NCBI GenBank assembly: GCA_947373745.1
Contig: CANBZB010000001.1
Coordinates: 2,230 to 66,229 of the forward strand
Length of the DNA: 64,000 bases
Reading direction: 5' to 3'
Origin: Burkholderiales bacterium
GTDB lineage: Bacteria > Pseudomonadota > Gammaproteobacteria > Burkholderiales > Burkholderiaceae_C
The notes below the pieces were generated by a model, which ran no database searches, was not told where the DNA came from, and saw only the letters and a list, made by a program, of their open reading frames with translations. Positions 17,702 to 26,972 of this stretch are shown one piece after another (the first letter of the stretch is position 1; each line of letters begins with the position of its first letter). Made by a program: the position numbers and the translations under genes.

Positions 17702-18469
17702 ATGAATCTAGCGCTCATCGACATTCTTGAAAAGTTTTTGGTCATTGTTTGGCCGATGCTGCGCTTGTCTGCATTTTTAGCGTTCACCTCCATTTTTTCT
17801 ATCCGTGCAGTGAATCTTCGCATTCGGATGTGTCTGGGTTTTGCTTTGGCATTTTTTGTGTCGCAACAAATTGATATTCCGCGTATCGATCCACTGACTG
17901 CAGAAGGTTTGTTGGAGATATTTCGCCAAATTTTGATTGGTCTGACCATGGGTTTGGTGTTTCAAGTCGCATCTGCCACCTTGGTAGTGGCTGGTCAGGC
18001 GGTATCGGGCTCTATGGGTTTGTCGATGGCTAACATGATTGACCCTAACATGGGTAGCGTGCCTGTGTTGTCTTCACTTTTCAACATCATGGGCACCTTG
18101 ATTTTCTTAGGTATTGGTGGGCATTTGATTGTGTTTGGCTTGGTGTTGGAATCATTTAAGTTGCTACCAATTGGGCAAGAGTTTTTCTCCCAAGATATGT
18201 TGGGCAAGATGATCAACTGGAGTGCCATGATGTTCTTAGGCGCTTTATTGATTGGTTTGCCTGTGATGATGACTTTGCTTTTCATCAACATTGGCCTTGG
18301 ATTTGTAGCCCGTGCCGCACCAAGTTTGAATATTTTTACCGTTGGCTTTCCCGCCTTGATCTTGGTGGGATTTGTCATTTTGATCTTCTCAATGGGCAAC
18401 AACGTCTCGCGCATCCAATGGGTGTGGGCGCAGGCGTTTTTAGTGTTGCGATCATTTTTAGGAAGTTGA
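17702..18469 (+). CDS. fliR: Flagellar export protein FliR
   Basis: Polytopic; AGQAVSGSMGLSMANMIDP, ARAAPSLNIFTVGFP. Confidence 0.96.
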   Translation: MNLALIDILEKFLVIVWPMLRLSAFLAFTSIFSIRAVNLRIRMCLGFALAFFVSQQIDIPRIDPLTAEGLLEIFRQILIGLTMGLVFQVASATLVVAGQAVSGSMGLSMANMIDPNMGSVPVLSSLFNIMGTLIFLGIGGHLIVFGLVLESFKLLPIGQEFFSQDMLGKMINWSAMMFLGALLIGLPVMMTLLFINIGLGFVARAAPSLNIFTVGFPALILVGFVILIFSMGNNVSRIQWVWAQAFLVLRSFLGS

Positions 18470-18482
18470 TTAGGTAGCTGAT

Positions 18483-19631
18483 ATGGCAGAAGAAAGCGGC
18501 CAAGACAAAACCGAAGAACCCACGGCGCAACGATTAAGCAAAGCGCGCGAGGAAGGTCAAATTGCGCGTTCGCAAGAACTCGCGCCTGCAGCCATGATGG
18601 TGATGGCTACTTTATTTTTCACCATGATGGGGCAATACATATTCAACAGCATGGGCAATTTGTTCAAAAGCCAGTTGCAGTTTGATAGAAAAATCACCGA
18701 CAAAGCTGAGTTGCTCCCTGCAATTTTTGGCAGTGCCATCGTCGATGGGTTTGTCATCGTTTTGCCCCTCATTGCCATCATGGCAGTGATTGCCGCGCTG
18801 TCGACCACGTTGGCGGGTGGATTTATCTTTTCGCCCAAACTTGCCCTTCCTAATTTTGGCAAGCTCAATCCTATGAGTGGCTTGAAGCGTATGTTTGGCC
18901 CTGATGCATTTATTCAACTGGGTAAATCGGTCGCTAAGTTTTTAGTAGTTGGCGCCATTTTGTTGGTGTCGGTCATGAACAATTTGAATGACTTGACCAA
19001 TATTTCGCAAATGGATTTAGGCCAAGCAGTAAAAATTGCTGGCACCATCATTGTGGATTCTTGTTTTTGGTTGAGTTTGGGTTTGGTCTTGGTGGCATTG
19101 GTCGATGTGCCATTGCAGCGTCACCAATTGAACAAGAAACTCAAGATGACCAAGCAAGAGGTCAAAGACGAAATGAAGAACTCGGAAGGTAACCCCGAGG
19201 TCAAAGGTCAGATCCGCCGTCGCCAACGCGAAATTTTGAACAACAAGATGATGACCAAAGTCAAAGACGCTGACGTCGTTATCACCAACCCAACCCACTT
19301 TGCGGTGGCCTTGTCGTATGACCCCAATGGGGACGGTGCACCTATCTTGGTGGCTAAGGGCGAAGACGGATTGGCAGCACGTATTCGTGAGGAAGCAAGC
19401 AAGAATGGGGTCTATCTCTTTGAAGCACCGCTGCTAGCCCGCGCCTTATACTTCACGACTAAGTTGGATCACCCCATCCCAGAGGCGCTATACCATGCTG
19501 TGGCTCAGGTGATTGCCTTTGTGTTTAGTCTGAATCAGTCTTACGGAAGAGGCCAAGAAGTGATCAAGCCGGACCCGAAAATTCCTGACGAGATGAAATT
19601 TGATGCCAACGGTGTCTTGATGAACTCTTAA
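18483..19631 (+). CDS. flhB: Flagellar export gate protein FlhB
   Basis: DKTEEPT, KMTKQEVKDEMKNSEGNPEVK, VITNPTHFAVAL autocleavage motif. Confidence 0.97.
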   Translation: MAEESGQDKTEEPTAQRLSKAREEGQIARSQELAPAAMMVMATLFFTMMGQYIFNSMGNLFKSQLQFDRKITDKAELLPAIFGSAIVDGFVIVLPLIAIMAVIAALSTTLAGGFIFSPKLALPNFGKLNPMSGLKRMFGPDAFIQLGKSVAKFLVVGAILLVSVMNNLNDLTNISQMDLGQAVKIAGTIIVDSCFWLSLGLVLVALVDVPLQRHQLNKKLKMTKQEVKDEMKNSEGNPEVKGQIRRRQREILNNKMMTKVKDADVVITNPTHFAVALSYDPNGDGAPILVAKGEDGLAARIREEASKNGVYLFEAPLLARALYFTTKLDHPIPEALYHAVAQVIAFVFSLNQSYGRGQEVIKPDPKIPDEMKFDANGVLMNS

Positions 19632-19648
19632 TCTCCAATTAAGCCCGC

Positions 19649-21175
19649 ATGACCGATATCTTCCAAAGCCCAGGTGACCGATTACGGTTGGAAATCCTTT
19701 TGAAATCGTTGACCGAAGGCAGCATCAATTTGGCTGTCCTGAGCCAACATGATTTGATCCTGGATTTTTACGGCAACCTATTTGAAGAACGCTTGCGTGC
19801 TGCGGGTGAACAAAACATCGAGTTTTGTACCTCCACCAGCTCTGAGCAGTTGGTGCAAACCTTTAACGACATCTTGTCGGAACTCACGCTCAACCAAGCC
19901 ACAGAAAAAGAAAAAAAGTTAGCGCCACGCCGCTTCTTGGTATTTCGCGACTCCATATTGATGCAAGAGTTTGAGTTGCAACTGCTTGCAAGACTGGTCA
20001 ATGGATTTCCAGCTGGCAATATCAGCGTGATTTTGCTCATCAACAGCGCCGGCAACTACCGTAAAAAGTTAGAAGCATTTGGTAAAAACCTATTGCAATG
20101 GGAAGTAGAAACCAAAGCGGGTGAACCCAAACGTGTTTTGTCCGATTGGGTGGCTGATACACCTGATCCAGCCCCTCCATCCGAGCCACCTGTTTTGCAA
20201 CCGATGTCGGCTGAAGACTCGGAGGAAGCGCTCAAGCAACTCAATATGCCCAAGAAAACGTCTTGGCGTATTCCTGGGTTGGGCAAAAAAGCCCAGCCTC
20301 AGCCAGCCCCTGCTTCCTCAGCTGCTGCAATGCCAGCTCCGGCACCTGCATCTTCAACACCTTTCAAGCTGCCAGAAGCGGCACCCGTTGCGGCTTTTGA
20401 TGCGCAAACGCCGCGTGAGCCAATATTAGGTGCGCCAGTTCTCGGTGTGCCTGCCAGCGCCACAGTCGCTTCATCTGCACAAGCAGCAGAAGCAGATGTT
20501 TTCAAACGCGGCACAAGCAAACCACGCTGGGGTATTGTTTTATTTGTGTTGCTGATGTCTTTAGTAGTCTTTGGCTTTATGTACAAAGACATGTTGCTGG
20601 AAGAAGCCGAGCTCTTCAAGAAATATTTATTACGCGGAACTCCTGCTGCACCTGCACCCGGACCAGTAGCCAGTGCACCAGAGCCTGCTGCATCTGGCGC
20701 GGCACCAGTTGCAAGCGACGTGGCTTCCGATGCTGTTGATATGCAGGCAACGCCAGCGAGTGGCAGCATGGTTGCTGTACCTGTAGCTTCCGAGCCTCTT
20801 GTAGTTGCACCTATTAAAGAGACAGAGAAAAAAGAACCCTCTAAAAAAGAAGCTCAAACTAATACGCCTCAAGCCGATAAAGTATCGGATACAGATTGGG
20901 TAAGCCAATTGCCAGATGACGGATTCGTCTTGCAACTTGCTGCATTTGATGTGGAAGAAGAAATGCTCACCTTTAAACGCAGCCAGGCAGCGTATGCCTC
21001 TGCTCGGGTGATGCAGGTAAGAAAAAAAGATACAAACAAACGCTACTTCATTTTGTTGGCTGGCCCGTTTGAGACCAAGCCAGAGGCTGATCGATTTATG
21101 AAATCAAGCCCCTTGCTTGCAAAAGGATGGTTACGCAGCGTGAAGTCTGTCAAAGCACAACTGACCAAGGCCTAA
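19649..21175 (+). CDS. SPOR-domain membrane protein with degenerate N-terminal ATPase-like domain (DamX-like architecture)
   Basis: TM WGIVLFVLLMSLVVFGFM, Pro/Ala linkers, C-terminal FVLQLAAF...YFILLAGPFETKPEA...WLRSVKSV typical of SPOR. Confidence 0.75.
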   Translation: MTDIFQSPGDRLRLEILLKSLTEGSINLAVLSQHDLILDFYGNLFEERLRAAGEQNIEFCTSTSSEQLVQTFNDILSELTLNQATEKEKKLAPRRFLVFRDSILMQEFELQLLARLVNGFPAGNISVILLINSAGNYRKKLEAFGKNLLQWEVETKAGEPKRVLSDWVADTPDPAPPSEPPVLQPMSAEDSEEALKQLNMPKKTSWRIPGLGKKAQPQPAPASSAAAMPAPAPASSTPFKLPEAAPVAAFDAQTPREPILGAPVLGVPASATVASSAQAAEADVFKRGTSKPRWGIVLFVLLMSLVVFGFMYKDMLLEEAELFKKYLLRGTPAAPAPGPVASAPEPAASGAAPVASDVASDAVDMQATPASGSMVAVPVASEPLVVAPIKETEKKEPSKKEAQTNTPQADKVSDTDWVSQLPDDGFVLQLAAFDVEEEMLTFKRSQAAYASARVMQVRKKDTNKRYFILLAGPFETKPEADRFMKSSPLLAKGWLRSVKSVKAQLTKA

Positions 21176-21192
21176 GAGAGATAAGGATCGAC

Positions 21193-21618
21193 ATGAGTAG
21201 TACAGAAGCCGACGTTATCTCCAACAAAGGTCACGAGACCTTCGAGCCTGCTTTTGAATCAGACAAGGTGCCACGCATCCAGGTGCCCAATCTGCCTGAG
21301 GATGCGCAAGGTCTTTCCGCAAGGGAATTGGCCCAAGTCCCCACCTTGCATGAACCAGAGGCTGCACACATGCCTGAAGCGGTGAAGGTAGCTGTTCCTA
21401 CTGTCGATTCCTTAGCAACAGGCGCGGATGCACCGAGCCCTTCAGTCTTAGACGAGTTAGACGCATTGCCCATATTGGACGAAGTTCATGCTCAAGAGAT
21501 GCCTGTCCACGTCGATACATGGATAGAGGTGCTCCATAAGCGCACCGAAAAGCTAACCGAAGACATCAGGCAGCTGCATGAGCGGCTTGATGTTTTAGAA
21601 GAACAATCAAAGGGTTGA
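21193..21618 (+). CDS. Acidic hypothetical protein with C-terminal coiled coil
   Basis: ORF 21127..21618; ATG 21193 after an AAGGA RBS; IEVLHKRTEKLTEDIRQLHERLDVLEE heptads. Confidence 0.65.
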   Translation: MSSTEADVISNKGHETFEPAFESDKVPRIQVPNLPEDAQGLSARELAQVPTLHEPEAAHMPEAVKVAVPTVDSLATGADAPSPSVLDELDALPILDEVHAQEMPVHVDTWIEVLHKRTEKLTEDIRQLHERLDVLEEQSKG

Positions 21619-21620
21619 CC

Positions 21621-22886
21621 ATGGCGGAAGCGGAAAAAAACACGGAAGACACAGCGGTGCTCGAAGCGCCGGTGGATGAAGTCGAAACGACGGACGCTGT
21701 GGAGTCAGGTGAAAACACGTCTGAAGGCGATGCAGAGACTATCTTGGACGTAGATGCAACCGCTGACCGCTTGACAGATATCGCCAGCCAGTCTTTAGAC
21801 AGCAATGAGGTAGCCCGTCAGATTGAAGAATTAACTTCGGTGGTTTTAGATTCAGCCGAGGTGTCAACACGTTCCGCGTCTATTGCTGCCGATGTGAGCA
21901 GCGCCATGCGCATGGTGGTGGCAAAAATCGAAGAAACCAACCGCCGCAATGTTTTGCATTCCCGCATCATCCTCGGAGCTGTTTGCGTTAGTTTGTTGGT
22001 CGCGATGGGCTTTTTCTTTGGCATCACTTTAAAAATGACCAAGTCGATTAAAGAATTGGATGTGATGACGTATGCCATGTCTAAGCGCATGATCGAGATT
22101 GACGGAAGCATCAGTGCGATTGGTAAAACGAATTCTGATTTCTCTGAAATTACAGACAAGCAAGAAGAACTCAACACCACGCAGAAAAATGTCGCCAACC
22201 GTTTAGACGAAATTGGCCGCGTGATGTCTGGTATGCCTAACTTGGTCGCCGATCAAAACAACAAACTGATTGACGCCAAATTGCTCGCCATGAATAAATC
22301 TTTGGCTTCTATGGAAGCCAAGATTGCTGCCAACATGGACGCTGACAAATTGAAGCAGCAACCTGTGCAATTGGTGTTGACTGAAATTCAAAAATTACGT
22401 ACCGACACCAACCAAAGCTTGCAAAGCATGCGTTCTGAGATGAACCAAAGCTTGCAAACGCGGGACAAATTACAGGCTTCTGCCTATGAAGAAGCTGTGA
22501 AACGTGCTAGCAATGCTGCTGCTGCTGCACAAAAAGCAGCTGATAGTGCAGTCGCGGCTGAGAAGGCAACGGCAGCAGAGCGTCTGAATGCTCAAAAGGC
22601 GGCTGCTGAGAAAGCGGCTGCTATGCGCTTTGCACCGGCTGAAAAGCCACCAGAGCGAACCCAAGCCGATAAAGCAGCGGCTGACAAAGTTGCTGCGGAA
22701 AGAGCCGCAGTAAGAGTAGCTGCTGAAAAAGCCGCAGCCTTGGCAGCTGAGCGTGCTGCGGCAGCTGAGCGTGCCGCAGAGAAATCCCGTGCAGCTGCAG
22801 CCCAAGCTGCCGCGGCGCCACCGGCACCTCCGCCAGCACCTGTTGTGCGCGAGCGTCCTATTCAGTATCCAAGAGCGGCTGACTAA
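21621..22886 (+). CDS. Single-pass membrane coiled-coil protein with TolA-like Ala/Lys/Glu tail
   Basis: TM IILGAVCVSLLVAMGFFFGITL, long heptad region, AEKAAA repeats; start TTG 21615 or ATG 21621. Confidence 0.75.
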   Translation: MAEAEKNTEDTAVLEAPVDEVETTDAVESGENTSEGDAETILDVDATADRLTDIASQSLDSNEVARQIEELTSVVLDSAEVSTRSASIAADVSSAMRMVVAKIEETNRRNVLHSRIILGAVCVSLLVAMGFFFGITLKMTKSIKELDVMTYAMSKRMIEIDGSISAIGKTNSDFSEITDKQEELNTTQKNVANRLDEIGRVMSGMPNLVADQNNKLIDAKLLAMNKSLASMEAKIAANMDADKLKQQPVQLVLTEIQKLRTDTNQSLQSMRSEMNQSLQTRDKLQASAYEEAVKRASNAAAAAQKAADSAVAAEKATAAERLNAQKAAAEKAAAMRFAPAEKPPERTQADKAAADKVAAERAAVRVAAEKAAALAAERAAAAERAAEKSRAAAAQAAAAPPAPPPAPVVRERPIQYPRAAD

Positions 22887-24505
22887 GCGTTTAGCCCAAA
22901 TCGACTGGCACTTGCATGTGGCCAGTCTTGGTAGACCTGCGGTAATTTGCTGATATCAGTGTCTAGCAAAGCGTTGGCCGGTACGGTGTCCACCAACTCC
23001 GATAAATGCAGAACTTGTGTTTCACTCACGCGCTGCATGATGTGACGTGGAGAAAATTCACTCGGGTCTTGAAGTCCAGCAGCTTCCAATAACTCTTGCA
23101 GTGCTTCAAGCGTGTTGCGATGAAATTTCTCAACCCGCTCGGCTTTGCTAGGTACCACCAACGCCATTTGACGTTTAGGGTCTTGGGTAGTCACACCAGT
23201 AGGGCAGTTGCCCGTGTGGCAAGTCTGCGCTTGAATACAGCCTAGCGCAAACATAAAGCCACGTGCACTGTTACACCAATCGGAACCTAAAGCAAAAGCG
23301 CGGGCCATATCAAATGCGCTCACAATTTTCCCGCTAGCACCTACGCGTATGTGATCACGCAAACCTGCACCCACCAAAGTGTTGTGTACCAAACGCAAAC
23401 CTTCTTGTAATGGCATACCGATATGGTCAGAGAACTCTAAGGGGGCAGCACCTGTGCCGCCTTCAGAACCGTCGACCACGACAAAGTCTGGATAAATTTT
23501 GCTCTCAAGCATGGCTTTGACAATGCCAAACCATTCCCAAGGATGTCCGATACACAGCTTCATGCCCACTGGTTTACCGCCGCTTAAGTCGCGCAGTTGT
23601 TGCACAAATTGCATCAACTCATGCGGAGTCGAGAAGCTACTGTGGCTGGAAGGTGATACACAGTCTTCGCCAACGCCGACTCCACGTGCTTCTGCAATTT
23701 CTTCGGTGACTTTGGCACCAGGCAGAACGCCACCATGCCCAGGCTTTGCACCTTGGCTGAGTTTGATTTCTACCATTTTCACTTGGTCAGATTTCACGTT
23801 TTCAGTGAAATGTTCTGGACTGAAATTACCAGATGCATCACGACAACCAAAGTAGCCTGAGCCAATTTCCCAAATCAAATCACCACCGTGCGTGCGATGG
23901 TGGCGCGAGATCGAGCCTTCGCCTGTGTCATGCGCAAATCCACCCCGCTTAGCGCCAAGGTTCAATGCCAATATTGCATTGGCACTCAGGGCGCCAAAAC
24001 TCATGGCAGAGATATTGAATCGGCTGATGTTGTAAGGTTGTTTGCAATCGCGGCCACCAATTTGAATGCGAAAGTCATGGCTATTGAGTTTCGTCGTTGC
24101 AATCGAATGGTTGATCCATTCATACCCAACCGAACGCACATCGAGTTGTGTGCCAAAAGGCCGTTTATCGCTCTCGCCCTTCGCACGGGAGTAGACCAAA
24201 CTACGTTGTGCACGAGAAAACGGGGAAGCGTCAGTCTCTGACTCTAAGAAATATTGTCGAATTTCAGGCCGTATGTATTCGAACATGAAGCGCAAATGCC
24301 CAATGACTGGGTAGTTACGCAATATGGCGTGCTGTTCTTGTTGAAGGTCATGTAAGCCGACCAAGCTTAGACATAAAAATAAAACAGGCCACCAACCACT
24401 TAGGCCTGTTACGCCAGCACCTAGCAAGGTGAACACCAGCAAAACCACTGACCCCAAAAATGCGGTGTAGCGCACCGGATAGATTGTGTTTAATTTCTCC
24501 AGCAT
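22883..24505 (-). CDS. FMN-binding glutamate synthase family protein
   Basis: ISAMSFGALS, HDTGEGS, EIKLSQGAKPGHGGVLP, VDGSEGGTGAAP, CIQAQTCHTGNCPTGV. Confidence 0.93.
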   Translation of the reverse strand: MLEKLNTIYPVRYTAFLGSVVLLVFTLLGAGVTGLSGWWPVLFLCLSLVGLHDLQQEQHAILRNYPVIGHLRFMFEYIRPEIRQYFLESETDASPFSRAQRSLVYSRAKGESDKRPFGTQLDVRSVGYEWINHSIATTKLNSHDFRIQIGGRDCKQPYNISRFNISAMSFGALSANAILALNLGAKRGGFAHDTGEGSISRHHRTHGGDLIWEIGSGYFGCRDASGNFSPEHFTENVKSDQVKMVEIKLSQGAKPGHGGVLPGAKVTEEIAEARGVGVGEDCVSPSSHSSFSTPHELMQFVQQLRDLSGGKPVGMKLCIGHPWEWFGIVKAMLESKIYPDFVVVDGSEGGTGAAPLEFSDHIGMPLQEGLRLVHNTLVGAGLRDHIRVGASGKIVSAFDMARAFALGSDWCNSARGFMFALGCIQAQTCHTGNCPTGVTTQDPKRQMALVVPSKAERVEKFHRNTLEALQELLEAAGLQDPSEFSPRHIMQRVSETQVLHLSELVDTVPANALLDTDISKLPQVYQDWPHASASRFGLNA

Positions 24506-24534
24506 GCAGCTAACTCCTTTGGCGGTGGGAAAGA

Positions 24535-25065
24535 CTATCTTCTTTGATTGAGCTTTGCCGCTAGTTTAGTTTGAGCCAGGGCTGAGACTTCAGATCGCAG
24601 ACGCGCAGAAGTGAGTTGTTGGTCGGCTACGTTTTGCACATCTTTGAGGTGCGACATGATGGACGAACGAAGATCGACTAGATCAACTTCTAACTTACGC
24701 GCGCGCTCTTGCAATTCGCGTTGCAAGGCCATGCGTTGAGTCAATAAATTGACTTCGGCAGCAATCGTGCGCCAAGTTTGGGTGAGCTCATCCGACGGTG
24801 CAACCCGGAGTTGGTCAAACAATTCGCTGATCAAGGGATCAAACATAGGTGAGCCAGTGTCTTGCGATTGCATGGGCTCTTGCATCTCCGTCAATGTTGG
24901 CACTTTCTCAGGCGCATAGTTGTACTGAGGAGAAGGCGGTGCTTCAGCAGGTGCAGCCGCAGCACGGGCATGCGATTGCAGCAAGGCATTGACCTGTCCC
25001 CAGCCGTCGTCAGGTGAATACTGCTTGAGGCCCTTGAATGACAAAAATTGTGGTTCGGTACTCAT
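24535..25065 (-). CDS. Hypothetical coiled-coil protein coupled to the ParA gene
   Basis: 176-aa ORF overlapping the upstream gene's stop by 4 bp; C-terminal heptads. Confidence 0.65.
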   Translation of the reverse strand: MSTEPQFLSFKGLKQYSPDDGWGQVNALLQSHARAAAAPAEAPPSPQYNYAPEKVPTLTEMQEPMQSQDTGSPMFDPLISELFDQLRVAPSDELTQTWRTIAAEVNLLTQRMALQRELQERARKLEVDLVDLRSSIMSHLKDVQNVADQQLTSARLRSEVSALAQTKLAAKLNQRR

Positions 25066-26060
25066 TTGCTCAATATGCCCATAGACATGCGTTTAAGGAA
25101 TTGAGGAATCCCCATGGAGGATATGCTGTTGGTCTCTTCAGTCGCTGGTTGCGCACTAGGCGTCGTGGGTCGTGCCACTGTGTTTGTCTGCGTAGCTGTG
25201 TCAGTGCTTGGTGCGCTTTCACCGACTTTATGCAAACGATGGCGACCTAATACAGAGTACTGGTTTGACAAAGTACTTGTGCGCGCCAACAAGTTTTTGG
25301 GCGGTGCGTTTAGCGTATTGGATTGGTGGGTGCTTCGAACGCCATTGAGGGCATTGATGCGCGTGGATGCAGTCGTTTGACGCATACCTTGTGCGCTGGC
25401 ACGCATTTCACGTGCAGTGCAAACAGCTTTACCGAACTCAATGAAAGATGTCCCGCATTCGTCGGGCAAGTCCATTAAATAACCACGCTCAAACATTTCG
25501 CGCGCGCTTTGCGCTTCCAACACAGGTGGCGACAACATAAAGCTGACAGGAAAGCGTTGCTTAGTGAAGGTATCGCTTTGCATTTGTTCATTGTGAACGC
25601 GCGTAGGACAGACCAGCAGAGTAGGCGGTGTATGGATGGCGGAATCAAATACCCAGCGGTGGCGACTCAAAAAACCTGCAGTGGCGGCCAGTTCAATTTC
25701 TGAAACCGATGTCGGCACGATGACCAAGTCGTATTCAAACATCAACTCACCCGCAATCGAGTCTGTCCATGTCAAATCGCAAATCACAACGTCAGAGCTG
25801 CTGGCGGCACGCCGTAAGTGCAGACGGGCGTCAAGAATAGGACGATTGCCACCTTGGTCCAGGGGCAAGATATGGTGCTGCACCACGATACCAATATTAG
25901 GTGCCCGGTTCAGCCATGTGCTGGAGGAGCCGTGGGTGTCAAAGTCAACCAAGGTGACACTTTGACCTTGACGGCGTAGGTAAGCGGCCAAGTTGGCAGA
26001 CACGGTACTCTTGCCGACGCCACCCTTTTGACTGGTGACCAAAATTTTGAAAGTAGACAT
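25062..26060 (-). CDS. ParA/MinD-family ATPase with low-complexity C-terminal extension
   Basis: SQKGGVGKST deviant Walker A, LVDFDTHGSS, VICDL, LVIVPTSVSEIE. Confidence 0.9.
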   Translation of the reverse strand: MSTFKILVTSQKGGVGKSTVSANLAAYLRRQGQSVTLVDFDTHGSSSTWLNRAPNIGIVVQHHILPLDQGGNRPILDARLHLRRAASSSDVVICDLTWTDSIAGELMFEYDLVIVPTSVSEIELAATAGFLSRHRWVFDSAIHTPPTLLVCPTRVHNEQMQSDTFTKQRFPVSFMLSPPVLEAQSAREMFERGYLMDLPDECGTSFIEFGKAVCTAREMRASAQGMRQTTASTRINALNGVRSTHQSNTLNAPPKNLLARTSTLSNQYSVLGRHRLHKVGESAPSTDTATQTNTVARPTTPSAQPATEETNSISSMGIPQFLKRMSMGILSK

Positions 26061-26400
26061 TCACTAACTCCAGATTCGATAGCTACTGCTTTACGGGATA
26101 AAAAACAGAAGCGGGGAATGGAATTTAATAGCTAGATGGAATACCGTCAACATTGATAATTTTGTGATTAAGTCGTCTAAAACGACAAAAATATCACTTT
26201 GAAGTATCCATTAGTATTCAAAAAATTTGAAAAAGAAACTAAATGAAGAATAATTGCTATGTTGTTGATTCATAATGTTTTTTAAATAAGTGTCAAAAAA
26301 AACAACACTTTTACCCTTTCATAGATGTTTACCCTGTCACAAGGCATGCAAAACCCTCCAGTAAACTCATCAGGTCTAAACCTTTTGAGTTCCTATAAAC

Positions 26401-26931
26401 ATGTCTTCTAAACACCTCAACCGAATTGCCGTTGCGTTAGCAGCCTTGGTGCTTGCCGCTTGCAGCTCTACCAAGCTTGCTGAAACCGGTGATGTCACTG
26501 GCAAAGCGGTAACAGCGGCTCCTGCCAACCCCGCCCCAGCGCAATCCGCAGTGGCTCCTGTGGTGGCTGACCACTTGAACCCCAGCAGCTTGATTTCTAA
26601 AGAGCGAAGCGTCTACTTTGACTTTGACCAATTTGTCATCAAAGCCAACGACGGCCCCTTGATCGAGCGTCAAGGTAAATATTTAGCCAGTAAGCCAAGT
26701 TTGGCAATCCGCGTGGAAGGCAATGCCGATGAGCGCGGTGGTCGTGAATACAACTTGGCGTTGGGACAAAAGCGCGCTGACGCTGTTGTGCGTGCATTGA
26801 AAGTCTATGGCGTTGGCGATAAGCAGCTCGAAGCAGTGAGCTTTGGTAGCGAGAAACCAGCAGCCCAGGGACACGACGAATCCGCATGGGCACAAAATCG
26901 CCGTGTTGATTTAGCCTATCCCAACAAGTAA
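26401..26931 (+). CDS. pal: Peptidoglycan-associated lipoprotein (Pal/OmpA family)
   Basis: Lipobox LAAC, VYFDFD, EGNADERGGREYNLALGQKRADAV, QNRRV. Confidence 0.88.
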   Translation: MSSKHLNRIAVALAALVLAACSSTKLAETGDVTGKAVTAAPANPAPAQSAVAPVVADHLNPSSLISKERSVYFDFDQFVIKANDGPLIERQGKYLASKPSLAIRVEGNADERGGREYNLALGQKRADAVVRALKVYGVGDKQLEAVSFGSEKPAAQGHDESAWAQNRRVDLAYPNK

Positions 26932-26972
26932 ATCTTGCACCTAATGACCAACCGTAGCTGTTGCATCTTCTG

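Noticed and set aside
8094-19631. Interpretation as a non-flagellar type III secretion system
   Set aside because: FliE, full FliG, FliO and a true flagellin are present; no secretin or needle genes were seen.
22490-22830. Repetitive GCT/GCA-rich DNA suggesting a repeat array or CRISPR
   Set aside because: Coding low-complexity Ala/Glu/Lys sequence with no fixed repeat-spacer periodicity; no cas genes in the window.
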